This document shows, piece after piece, positions 27,835 to 36,700 of a stretch of 40,705 bases of DNA (its first letter is position 1; each line of letters begins with the position of its first letter). The notes under the pieces were generated by a model. The model did not search any database. It saw nothing but the letters and a program-made list of their open reading frames with translations, and was not told where the DNA came from. Source of the stretch: a virus (taxonomy: Duplodnaviria; Caudoviricetes); IMG/VR virus record IMGVR_UViG_3300037634_007921, positions 1 to 40,705 of that record; one strand, written 5' to 3'. A program made the position numbers and the translations under genes.

Positions 27835-28562
27835 AAACAATTTTCACAAACGGATGCTTCGATGTCCTTCACCGCGGACATGTCGAACTTTTAAAACACT
27901 GTAAATCTCAGGGCCGAGTTGTTGTTGGTCTAAATAGTGACAACAGTGTACGCAAACTAAAGGGCTCAAGTCGCCCTTTCTTCCCTCAAGACGATAGGGA
28001 GTACATGCTTCGTTCGTGCAGATATGTAGACGAAGTGGTTGTGTTTAACGAAGACACTCCGTATAATCTAATAAAAGAGATCAAGCCTGATCTGATTGTT
28101 AAAGGGGGAGACTATCGCCCTCATGAAGTAGTAGGAAACGACCTTGCCGACGTCCAAATTTTTAATTACATCACGGGCTTTTCTACCACCTCCATCTTAG
28201 AAAACCAAAAGAAAGAAGCCCCAAAAAATCAAACAACCAGCGAAACGTATGTCTTTGACATTGATGGAACTTTGTGCTCCCTAACCGATGGACACTACGA
28301 AGACGCCACCCCATACAAAGATCGTATAAATAAAGTTAACAGTCTTTATGAAGAAGGAAATACTATAGTACTATTTACTGCTCGCGGAATGGGGCGTACA
28401 GAGAACCGTTCCAAGGAGGCCATTCGTATGTTTTTCGATATGACTCTGGAGCAAATTAATTCCTGGGGGGTCAAACATCATCGCCTCATTTTAGGAAAAC
28501 CGTCGGGCGATCATTACATTGACGACAAGGGAATAAACCATGAAGACTTCTTTAGAAACTAA
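27831..28562 (+). CDS. HldE/RfaE domain II-like nucleotidyltransferase fused to a HAD phosphatase
   Basis: FTNGCFDVLHRGH, GLNSDNSV, KGGDY, GFSTT; then FDIDGT, FTARG, GKP, YIDDK. Confidence 0.88.
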   Translation: MKTIFTNGCFDVLHRGHVELLKHCKSQGRVVVGLNSDNSVRKLKGSSRPFFPQDDREYMLRSCRYVDEVVVFNEDTPYNLIKEIKPDLIVKGGDYRPHEVVGNDLADVQIFNYITGFSTTSILENQKKEAPKNQTTSETYVFDIDGTLCSLTDGHYEDATPYKDRINKVNSLYEEGNTIVLFTARGMGRTENRSKEAIRMFFDMTLEQINSWGVKHHRLILGKPSGDHYIDDKGINHEDFFRN

Positions 28563-28899
28563 GTTTGTTCCCAAAGGATGGGGTTTTGAAAAGTGGATCA
28601 TCAATTGTGATGAGTATTGCGGCAAGCTCCTGTATTTTGTCAAAGATCGACGCTGTTCCTGGCACTACCACAAACTTAAAGACGAAGTATTTTATATCCA
28701 ATCTGGAAAGGTGGTAGTCAAATATTCTGACGAGGATGACCTCACGGAAGCGGATGAAATTACATTGGAAAAAGGCGATAGTTTCCATGTTTATCGGGGC
28801 CTGCGCCACCAAATGATCGCATTAGAAGACACCGAGTTATTTGAATTTTCTACTCAACATTTTGATTCAGATAGCTATAGAATTATAAAAGGAGACTAA
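28540..28899 (+). CDS. Cupin domain protein (sugar isomerase-like)
   Basis: PKGWGFE, CSWHYHKLKDE, RH, EFST...DSYR. Confidence 0.85.
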   Translation: MKTSLETKFVPKGWGFEKWIINCDEYCGKLLYFVKDRRCSWHYHKLKDEVFYIQSGKVVVKYSDEDDLTEADEITLEKGDSFHVYRGLRHQMIALEDTELFEFSTQHFDSDSYRIIKGD

Positions 28900-28900
28900 A

Positions 28901-29143
28901 ATGAGTGAAATGAATTTGTCGAAACAAGCAATTGGAGCCATTATGATGGCCCTACAAAAAAGCCTAATGGAGCAAACAGACATCGTTCCAGTATTCGAAG
29001 GATTTCGAGTTAAACTGTCGGATGAAGGTCTAGTGGTGCTCAATCCACCCTTGGTCAAATACAATGAAGAAACTTCCGGCGAATACCAAGAGATCGCCGA
29101 TCAAGACGACACTGAGCAGAATGTAACATCTGAGAGCGCTTAA
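28901..29143 (+). CDS. Hypothetical protein
   Basis: 80 aa; AGGAG SD; tightly packed between neighbours. Confidence 0.65.
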   Translation: MSEMNLSKQAIGAIMMALQKSLMEQTDIVPVFEGFRVKLSDEGLVVLNPPLVKYNEETSGEYQEIADQDDTEQNVTSESA

Positions 29144-29392
29144 ATGCCTATTTATCTCTATGAGTGCGCTAGTTGTGAAGAAAGCTTTAAGCTTCGACAT
29201 CGTATGTCTGAAACGTGTGAATGCTGTACTTTATGCGGCTCAAACACTGTAGAGAGAAAGCCCGTATCGTTCATGAACCTTTCGAAACAAAAGACTGTAA
29301 CGACAAAAGTGGGCGACATAACCAAAGAATTCATAGAGAATTCCAAAGATGATTTAAAAACACAAATCGAGGAACTGGGAAAGAAAAGATGA
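29144..29392 (+). CDS. FmdB-family zinc-ribbon protein
   Basis: MPIYLYECASC...CTLCGS. Confidence 0.8.
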   Translation: MPIYLYECASCEESFKLRHRMSETCECCTLCGSNTVERKPVSFMNLSKQKTVTTKVGDITKEFIENSKDDLKTQIEELGKKR

Positions 29393-29721
29393 TTATAGAT
29401 TTAACTGCAGTATTGTTCCTCGTATCGGGACTCATAAATGTTGTGCTTGTGTGGTATATTGTGCAACTTCTTAAGCGGTTCCTTAATTTTCAAGCTCAAT
29501 TAGACGGATTTATGGACAAGATCCAAGAATATGCTGAACACGTCGACGTTGTGTATAATATGGAAAACTTTATGGGGGATCCCACACTGGCCAATCTTTT
29601 ACAACATTCCAAAGGAATTGCCGAGGAATGCGATGGTTTTAAAACCTTTTATTTAACGGAAACGGATGAAGTTCAAGAAGAATATGCAGAGGCAGAGGAT
29701 GAAGTAACTTATGGCGAGTAA
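29389..29721 (+). CDS. Single-pass membrane hypothetical protein
   Basis: Hydrophobic N-terminus (LTAVLFLVSGLINVVLVWYIV) followed by a coiled coil and acidic tail. Confidence 0.7.
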   Translation: MIIDLTAVLFLVSGLINVVLVWYIVQLLKRFLNFQAQLDGFMDKIQEYAEHVDVVYNMENFMGDPTLANLLQHSKGIAEECDGFKTFYLTETDEVQEEYAEAEDEVTYGE

Positions 29722-30403
29722 CCGCAAAAATTATTATTTCACGCAGGATCATGAAGATGCGATTGTGGGATACTGTAATACTCAAGATCCAAAAATTAGA
29801 AATGATCTGTACAAAGAGTTTATCGGCCCTGTCTTCGACGAAATGGTAGATAAAATCGTTTTTACTTATAAATTTAATACGTTGCCCAATTGCGAAGCGC
29901 TCCGAGACGACTGCAAAAACTGGTTAATAACCATTTTAAATAAGTACGACCCCAACAAGGGATCGAAAGCGTTCACCTATTTCAGTGTTGTTACTAAAAA
30001 TTGGTTTATCGCTCAGGTAAAGAAAACAAGTAAAAAGGCTCGGAAAGAGATCCTTTTGGAAGATTTCTATATCGATAAAAGATCTGGAGACGAAAAGACT
30101 GATCCGTCTTTGGTAGAACAGAATACGATTATCGAGGACAGCATTAAATTAGAGTTTTTTCTGAATTTGAAAAAAGAAATCGACTCATGGCACACACTCC
30201 CTCTTAAACCTAATGAAAAGAAAACTGTACAAGCTATCCAAGTTCTGTTTGATGATGCTGAAAAAATAGAAATTTTCAACAAAAAAGCTATTTATCTATA
30301 CATACGAGAGATCACCGGCTTGAATACCAAACAAGTTGTAAGTTCTTTGAATCGTATAAGAAAAAGGTATAGAGAGTTTAAAAAAGGATGGGACGAGATA
30401 TAA
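29711..30403 (+). CDS. Phage RNA polymerase sigma factor (gp55-like)
   Basis: Region-2-like KYDPNKGSKAFTYFSVVTKNW (compare gp55 FDPEK..NPFAYFT) and a C-terminal HTH-like IREITGLNTKQV. Confidence 0.75.
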   Translation: MASNRKNYYFTQDHEDAIVGYCNTQDPKIRNDLYKEFIGPVFDEMVDKIVFTYKFNTLPNCEALRDDCKNWLITILNKYDPNKGSKAFTYFSVVTKNWFIAQVKKTSKKARKEILLEDFYIDKRSGDEKTDPSLVEQNTIIEDSIKLEFFLNLKKEIDSWHTLPLKPNEKKTVQAIQVLFDDAEKIEIFNKKAIYLYIREITGLNTKQVVSSLNRIRKRYREFKKGWDEI

Positions 30404-30693
30404 AAGATCTAGAAGCGTATCTGGGAGAAGCGATTGCCAACATTCGCAACGACCGCGCAATCACTTCAGCACTCCTGACGGATTTATTCCAAGAGTTGAA
30501 AAAAAATAACGACATTGAGACGCATAAAAACCTGGGGATCATCGCCTCTAAATATGTGGAGACTCTCCAACGTTCGAACGAACAACTTGTCAAGTTAGCC
30601 TCTATAATCAATAAAAATAAATCGGAACCCGCCACACTAGGTGATAGCGATAAAGAAGAACTCCTGGACCTGATTCAGGGAGACAAAAAATAA
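30388..30693 (+). CDS. Helical hypothetical protein
   Basis: 101 aa; overlaps the sigma gene end; TAATG coupling to the next gene. Confidence 0.7.
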   Translation: MGRDIKDLEAYLGEAIANIRNDRAITSALLTDLFQELKKNNDIETHKNLGIIASKYVETLQRSNEQLVKLASIINKNKSEPATLGDSDKEELLDLIQGDKK

Positions 30694-32198
30694 TGACCAA
30701 AGAACTAGACGACTTGGCTAATCAAGTGGTTAACGAGAGCTTAGCAAAATTTCAGGACGAAAGGATTCTTCTCGATCCCAAGCTACAAGGGTCGGTCAGT
30801 CAACTGCGCAAGACCATGATTGAGACCTTCGAGCCTAATAAGCTAAAATCTCAAACCAAATATAAAGCAATTGTGTTGGCACAACTCCCGACGATTCTCG
30901 TGGAAGACAAAAAGAAAATAGTGGTCCTGGCTCGTATACCAGAGCTTCATACTTTGCTTCCACTGCCCGAACACCCTCAAGATTACATTCGAATGATGTC
31001 GTATCCCCAATTTACGTCCGAAGATGATGTTCTTAAAGACCCGCTATCCCGCGCACCGCTCGATGCTATTCCACCTTACTCCACAGTTGAGGTTTCTTTC
31101 GGAGACAATACCAACCTTTCCAACCCGAAGTTGCTGCGCATAATAAGCATACTTCCGAAAGCGGTACCCAAACCCGGCGCTCCGGGCAAGAACGGCCCGT
31201 CGATGGTGAATAGCGATGGTTCGGGATCCCGCGATGGTGTGCCTACCCCCACAGGGTTTGATGCATCTGCATTCTCGGGTACGCCCGAGGAAAAAGCGAA
31301 AGCTGCTCGCGAAGCTCAGGCCGAAGCCGCAAAGACCAAGGGCACAAAACCAAACGCCACATTGGCAGAGATCTCCTCCGATCCAATTCCAGAAACCTTG
31401 GCGTCATGGATCATAAAACAAAAAGACTTTAATAGCTCCAAAAGGCGTAGAAATATTGATCTGATCATCATTCATGATTCCTGCACATCTACAACCGATA
31501 GAATGGTAAGGACACTGAGAAAGAAAAGATTGGGAACACACTTCAGTGTGCCTCCCCACGGAAACCCAACGCAGTATGTATCGATTGACCGCCGGTGCGC
31601 CCACGCCGCCCCCTGGAATGACCGAGCCATTGGCATAGATATGATTGTTCCCTGTCGTTTTAACGGTAAAAAATATGGTAGTGGAAAATGGAACGTAGCT
31701 CCAAAACTACCGAAAGGAGGTTGGAGCAAGCGCTGTTATGCCCCTTTCCCTTTTGGTTGGAAAAGTCAATTGGTGGTGCCTACTTCATCTGCCCTGGAGA
31801 AAGCCTATCAGACGGTCGAGGCGATAATGAGAGCAAAGCCCTCGATCCCTAGAAAGATCCCCGCCGTCCGCGGTGACAAAATGTATTTTGGTCTCGTCCC
31901 CGCCAATTCAACCGGCATCGTCGCCCACGGTCAAGTTTCTAATAATCGATCCGATGGTCGAGTGACAGTGTATTATATATGGTTGCGTATGTTCAAGGGG
32001 TTGAGCCGAGCAGCCGCTTATGCACGAGTAAAAAACAATATAGGTGTCGTGTGCGGGAAATATCGCCAAATGGGACCTAAAAAGAAACCAAGCCGACTAA
32101 TTCCAGCATCTGCAATGCCCAATCCAATACTTACGCCATGGTTGAAGCCCGTGCAGCAGTGGAACGTGCTGACGGGCAAGATGGAGGATGTTGAATAG
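30693..32198 (+). CDS. Putative gp5-like baseplate protein with N-acetylmuramoyl-L-alanine amidase (Amidase_2) domain
   Basis: N-terminal YKAIV...ARIPELH...YP...VEVSF (OB-fold-like), Pro/Gly/Ala linker, then IIIHD, THF, CAHA..WNDRAIGID, VAH, RSD. Confidence 0.7.
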   Translation: MTKELDDLANQVVNESLAKFQDERILLDPKLQGSVSQLRKTMIETFEPNKLKSQTKYKAIVLAQLPTILVEDKKKIVVLARIPELHTLLPLPEHPQDYIRMMSYPQFTSEDDVLKDPLSRAPLDAIPPYSTVEVSFGDNTNLSNPKLLRIISILPKAVPKPGAPGKNGPSMVNSDGSGSRDGVPTPTGFDASAFSGTPEEKAKAAREAQAEAAKTKGTKPNATLAEISSDPIPETLASWIIKQKDFNSSKRRRNIDLIIIHDSCTSTTDRMVRTLRKKRLGTHFSVPPHGNPTQYVSIDRRCAHAAPWNDRAIGIDMIVPCRFNGKKYGSGKWNVAPKLPKGGWSKRCYAPFPFGWKSQLVVPTSSALEKAYQTVEAIMRAKPSIPRKIPAVRGDKMYFGLVPANSTGIVAHGQVSNNRSDGRVTVYYIWLRMFKGLSRAAAYARVKNNIGVVCGKYRQMGPKKKPSRLIPASAMPNPILTPWLKPVQQWNVLTGKMEDVE

Positions 32199-33700
32199 TG
32201 ACTTTAATCTTAGACTGCGTAGCAGAAAAAATAGGACAAGGAAATTTAAATGTAATTTTCAACATCAGTCATGATTTGTCTACTCAAGAGAAAAAGTATT
32301 TTCTGCTGCCCAATGATCGTGCTGCCTTTGTTAACCTAGTTAGTGAGATTTATGATCGCGGAGAGAGTATTATACCTTCGCAGTTTAATGGAGACAGCGG
32401 AAAGAGAGCCTTTAAAGAACAGTTCATCGACTGGACACTGAGTCAAAACATACGATTGGCCAATGTCGATGGTATCAATGAAAAATATGACGCCCTCTTC
32501 GATCATCAGGCTTACACACAGGCAGACAAACAGCAACTTGAGGTCATTGCCACACAACACCGCGAAGCACAACTTAGATTTTTAGCCCAAAGAAAAGCAT
32601 CGGCACAAAAACGAGTAGAAGAATACACCAAGAAACAGGCCAACGAATCAAGTGAAATTTCGGCGAACAGTTATAGCGACTCGGTTGACCCCCTTCGGCG
32701 TACACGCCGCAAGCCGAGTGACAAAAAAAACCGCCCAGTGCAGCAAAAAAACCTATCGCTCACACAGGAGGTTAAGATTGGAAGCCTTCCACCCGAAATA
32801 TCGGGACAATTTGATGGAATCAACGGGGACCGCCTGATAGAGGACGTTCCCATCCCCATGTTGTACCCGGGAGATAAGCTCGTTTCGGGCGAAAGCAATG
32901 CGGGTTTACAGGTCAGCCGCGACGAATTATATCGCTTTAAGGGTCACACAAGCTGCGGCTCCTGTTATCTATACGCCGGAAAAAGCACCGCCGCCGGCGC
33001 CTCTGAGACCGACCCGTCAAGCGATCTGGACGTACAACTACACACTCCTAATAACTTAAAAGAAGATGCAGCGTATGTCTACCTATCCCAAAAGTCAGAT
33101 TCAAAAGCCCTATTAGGAGTTGTGGGTGGTACTTACAAAAAGGTGGCCGGAGATCGACAACCTCAGTCACTGGCCGCGATCAAGGCAGACGATGTTGTTC
33201 TGATGGCGCGAGAATCGGGTATACGCCTGATTACAGGTACGAACTCTACCAACTCAAGAGGCGGAGACGTTGCTGCACATTACGGAATCGATTTGATTGC
33301 TGGGAACAATGATACAGATTTACAACCTCTTGTAAAAGGCGACAACCTGGCAAAATATTTAAAATCTTTATCGGCCGCCCTAGATAATCTATCATCGGTG
33401 GTATATCAACACATAACAGCCCAAGGGGTGTTCAACGCCCAGATGGCGGCGCATCGCCACTACGACCCCTTCACAATTTTATTAGGTACCATGGGCAGCG
33501 GAAACCCCACTGCAGTCTTAGGGGGGCAAAACCTACCCTCACAAGGTGGTATGATGGGCGGCGCCAAGGTGCTTCTGGAGGGCTTGCAACAGATGCAAGG
33601 GTCTATCAGCCAAGCATTTAATAGAATTAATAATGATTTCAATGCATTAGAGAAAATTGGCTCTTATAGCATCTTGAGTGAAAAGAATAGAACCAACTAG
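32198..33700 (+). CDS. Putative baseplate hub/spike protein (gp5 C-terminal-like)
   Basis: GTG start with GGAGG SD; AYVYLSQK...IKADDVVLMARESGIRLITG...GIDLIAGN beta repeats, QPLVKGDNL and an HRH spike-tip-like motif. Confidence 0.55.
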   Translation: MTLILDCVAEKIGQGNLNVIFNISHDLSTQEKKYFLLPNDRAAFVNLVSEIYDRGESIIPSQFNGDSGKRAFKEQFIDWTLSQNIRLANVDGINEKYDALFDHQAYTQADKQQLEVIATQHREAQLRFLAQRKASAQKRVEEYTKKQANESSEISANSYSDSVDPLRRTRRKPSDKKNRPVQQKNLSLTQEVKIGSLPPEISGQFDGINGDRLIEDVPIPMLYPGDKLVSGESNAGLQVSRDELYRFKGHTSCGSCYLYAGKSTAAGASETDPSSDLDVQLHTPNNLKEDAAYVYLSQKSDSKALLGVVGGTYKKVAGDRQPQSLAAIKADDVVLMARESGIRLITGTNSTNSRGGDVAAHYGIDLIAGNNDTDLQPLVKGDNLAKYLKSLSAALDNLSSVVYQHITAQGVFNAQMAAHRHYDPFTILLGTMGSGNPTAVLGGQNLPSQGGMMGGAKVLLEGLQQMQGSISQAFNRINNDFNALEKIGSYSILSEKNRTN

Positions 33701-33715
33701 AAAGAAGGAACGAAC

Positions 33716-36700
33716 ATGCCATCTCCTGTAATAAAAATGTATGCCCCCGACCGCGAACCTCGATTCGAAACGTACGCATCTTTTGTGCAAGGTAGGCTAG
33801 GCACACACCCCAATCAGTACCCCTATTATAACAAACTCTGGAGATCGGAGTATATCTTTCGCGGGCCGGTGGCGTCCCAAGATAAACCGCGCAAAACCCC
33901 CTTCGTCATGTTTGGAATGATGGAGTTTGATAAAAATGCTGCTGATGATGTAGCAAAGCTTGATACTAGCCCAAAAGACGGTGAATATCTGATGGACACC
34001 GATCTCACCAAGTGGGCCGCGCGCTTGATATTAAAAAAATTTGTTATTGATTTAATCAAGGGTGGTTATCTGAAAGCTAAAACGATGGATAAGCTTTCAG
34101 CCGCGGCCTTCAATGAGATTGTAAAGGCGTCTACAATTCTAAACCTTCAAAAACGTGCGCCAATATTCCCCGAAGCCCCTGTCACAGATGTCCTATACGA
34201 GGTCTCTATTCTATCCAGCGTCTTTATAAGATATGCGAACAAAAAGGCGATAATAGAGACCGTACCTTCAGAAGCTGACCAATATGCTGAACTCATCGCA
34301 AACCAGAAGAAACAAGAAAAACATCGAAAAGCTAAGATTGAAACTCCACGCGCCAACTCGGTTAAGCAACCAAAAAGCGTCCAAAGTGCGGTACCACCAG
34401 GCGCTGTCAATTTGAAAAAAGAAATGTCTAAAAAAAGAGGAGTAAAGGTAGACAAGAACGTACATGATTATTATTATGTCAACTATTCACTAGAGGGAAT
34501 AAAGGCTTTTGCGGACACTACCGCAAAAGTCCTTGTCGATCTTAAAAATAGAATAGACGGCTATGGAATAGTGCTTGAAAAACCCCTTAATTTGAGTTAT
34601 CAGATTGACCGACTTCAATATCTCCAAACGGCAATTAGCACCATTGCCCAGCAGGCATACTACCCGGGCTCCCCCACCGCACCCCCTTCCACAATGTTAA
34701 ATCTTAAATTTGATGCAAACTTCAAGTTAACTGATTTTATGGTTGGCCCCGCCCGACATCCTAATTCTCCCATACTTCCTTTCGTCCCCGAAGACCCAAA
34801 AAAGCAGTGGCCCGTCGACCAGTATGCAGCAGGAATCTTTAAAACCGCGGAGGAGGAAGCCGTCTATAATCGCCCCGACTCTCTTGTCAATCATGAGTTC
34901 TTTGCCAATGCAACCACTAACGCTTTAATTGTTCATCTAAAAGAAATATTTGTGAAGTACACTGTCACGGCAAGTTCTCCGTTCAGAAAAGCTGAAGACT
35001 GCGAAAAGTTTCTGCGTAAGTATATTTACCCAACACCTTATTTCGTCAACTTCGGAGTCACAAAAAACGTCATTGAAGAATTTCTTATTGGCGATATACG
35101 CTTGTTAGACGACGATTTTTATAAGAAGTCGCGACCAACTAAGGCCAGTATCAGCGAAATGGCCAAACAGAACGCCCGAGCAGAAGTGGCCACTCAATAC
35201 GAAAAGATTGGCGATGTGCTCGGAGACAATTTCATGACGGGAAAGTTCGAAGACATCGAAGACATCGACGACCTCTACAAGTCAGTTTTAAATCATATTT
35301 CGATACCCCACTTGGTTAAAATGTCCGCCCAGTGCCTTATGCAGCTTGTGGGTTTAGATGAACTTAAGAGGCAGTTTTGTCGAAGTGCCATTATGAAATA
35401 TCGTTCATATCAAGACGAAATAGTTGATGCGGTAGCGTCAAAAGGACCTGCGGGAGAAAGACTCGCTGCGCAACTATCTCTCGCAATGGAGACTCTGGAC
35501 CAGGGACTGCAAGATGGAATCGCCTCCGCCGCGGCACATGGTGCAAAGAAGATAGGAGAATCCATCAGTATTGGCAATCACATGTCTACTTGGCAAAAAA
35601 AGGAAAGCCTAGAACTTTTTCTTGTAGATTTGGAGGAACAATGGGCAGCCAAAAGAGCATTAGCAGCCCAACAAGACAACGCCGCTGACGATACCTTTTT
35701 CAATCCAAATATAGACAACAAAATTGTACGCCAAGCTAGACGCATTGAAGCCCTCGAAATGCGAATTGAAGAGCAAACGGAACGCGAAAAGTTGCTTGGG
35801 GAGGAGAAAATCCCAGCTAACGAGCGTGAGCTTTTAGGGAAATACAAGACCGAATTATGGGAACTTACGGGAGAAGTTGAAGATCTAGAAAAAGCTTCCC
35901 AGTCTATTAAAAAACAGGTCGCCGGATACCGGTTTCTTATTCAAGAACTTATCCCCATTCTCACGCATGTCAACCCTTTCATCAAAGACGGCGGCCGGAT
36001 TTCCGGATACGGAAGTCATATTGGAGACGCCAGCGCTGCCATGTATTTGTTCAAGACCTTGGACCTTGCGATTGACAGCGGCGCAGGAGAAGCCAAAGAC
36101 GGCACCTTCGTCACCCACGAATACCTAAGGGGATATTCACTTCAAATGCTTGGCCCAGCGGTACTCGCTCAATTTCAAACTGCGAAGAAGAAGCTGGAAC
36201 CACTCGGGCCATGGGGAGAGGTGGATCTTAAAACGCAGAAAAAAATCTTTAGTACATATATGCGCCCCCTGGTCGGCTTGATTTTAGAACAAATTAACGA
36301 ATTAGACACTGGCGCGATGGCAACTTTCCAAAAAAGTTTTGCTATGACAGGCGGCAAACAAGTGGCCGAGCAGACCCTGGATGACATCTTCAACGACCCA
36401 GACGATGGATTGCTTGTGTGCGCTGCGATATTTGCGATTGTCCCTGCAGCACTTTATGGTCTATATTATTTAACTTCCAACGCAGAGGAAATCTCCAAAA
36501 AGATTGGCGAAGACACAGAGGCCGTAGCCCAAGCAGCAGAGCGAAGAGTCGAGATGTTTATGCGAACGGATTACCCGGTTATGGATATTCTAGATGGCTT
36601 TAAAGAAGCGATTTACGATCTAGCCATGAACTTGGTACGCGATTTGATCGTGAATGGTATTATGTATATTATGCGGAATCTTATGGCAGCCTGCTCGGAT

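Noticed and set aside
32196-32200. Programmed frameshift joining the amidase and spike genes
   Set aside because: No slippery site seen; the GGAGG SD at 32183-32187 supports ordinary coupled re-initiation at GTG.
35249-35275. Short GAAGACATC tandem repeat
   Set aside because: Only two to three in-frame units encoding EDIEDIDDL; ordinary coding sequence.
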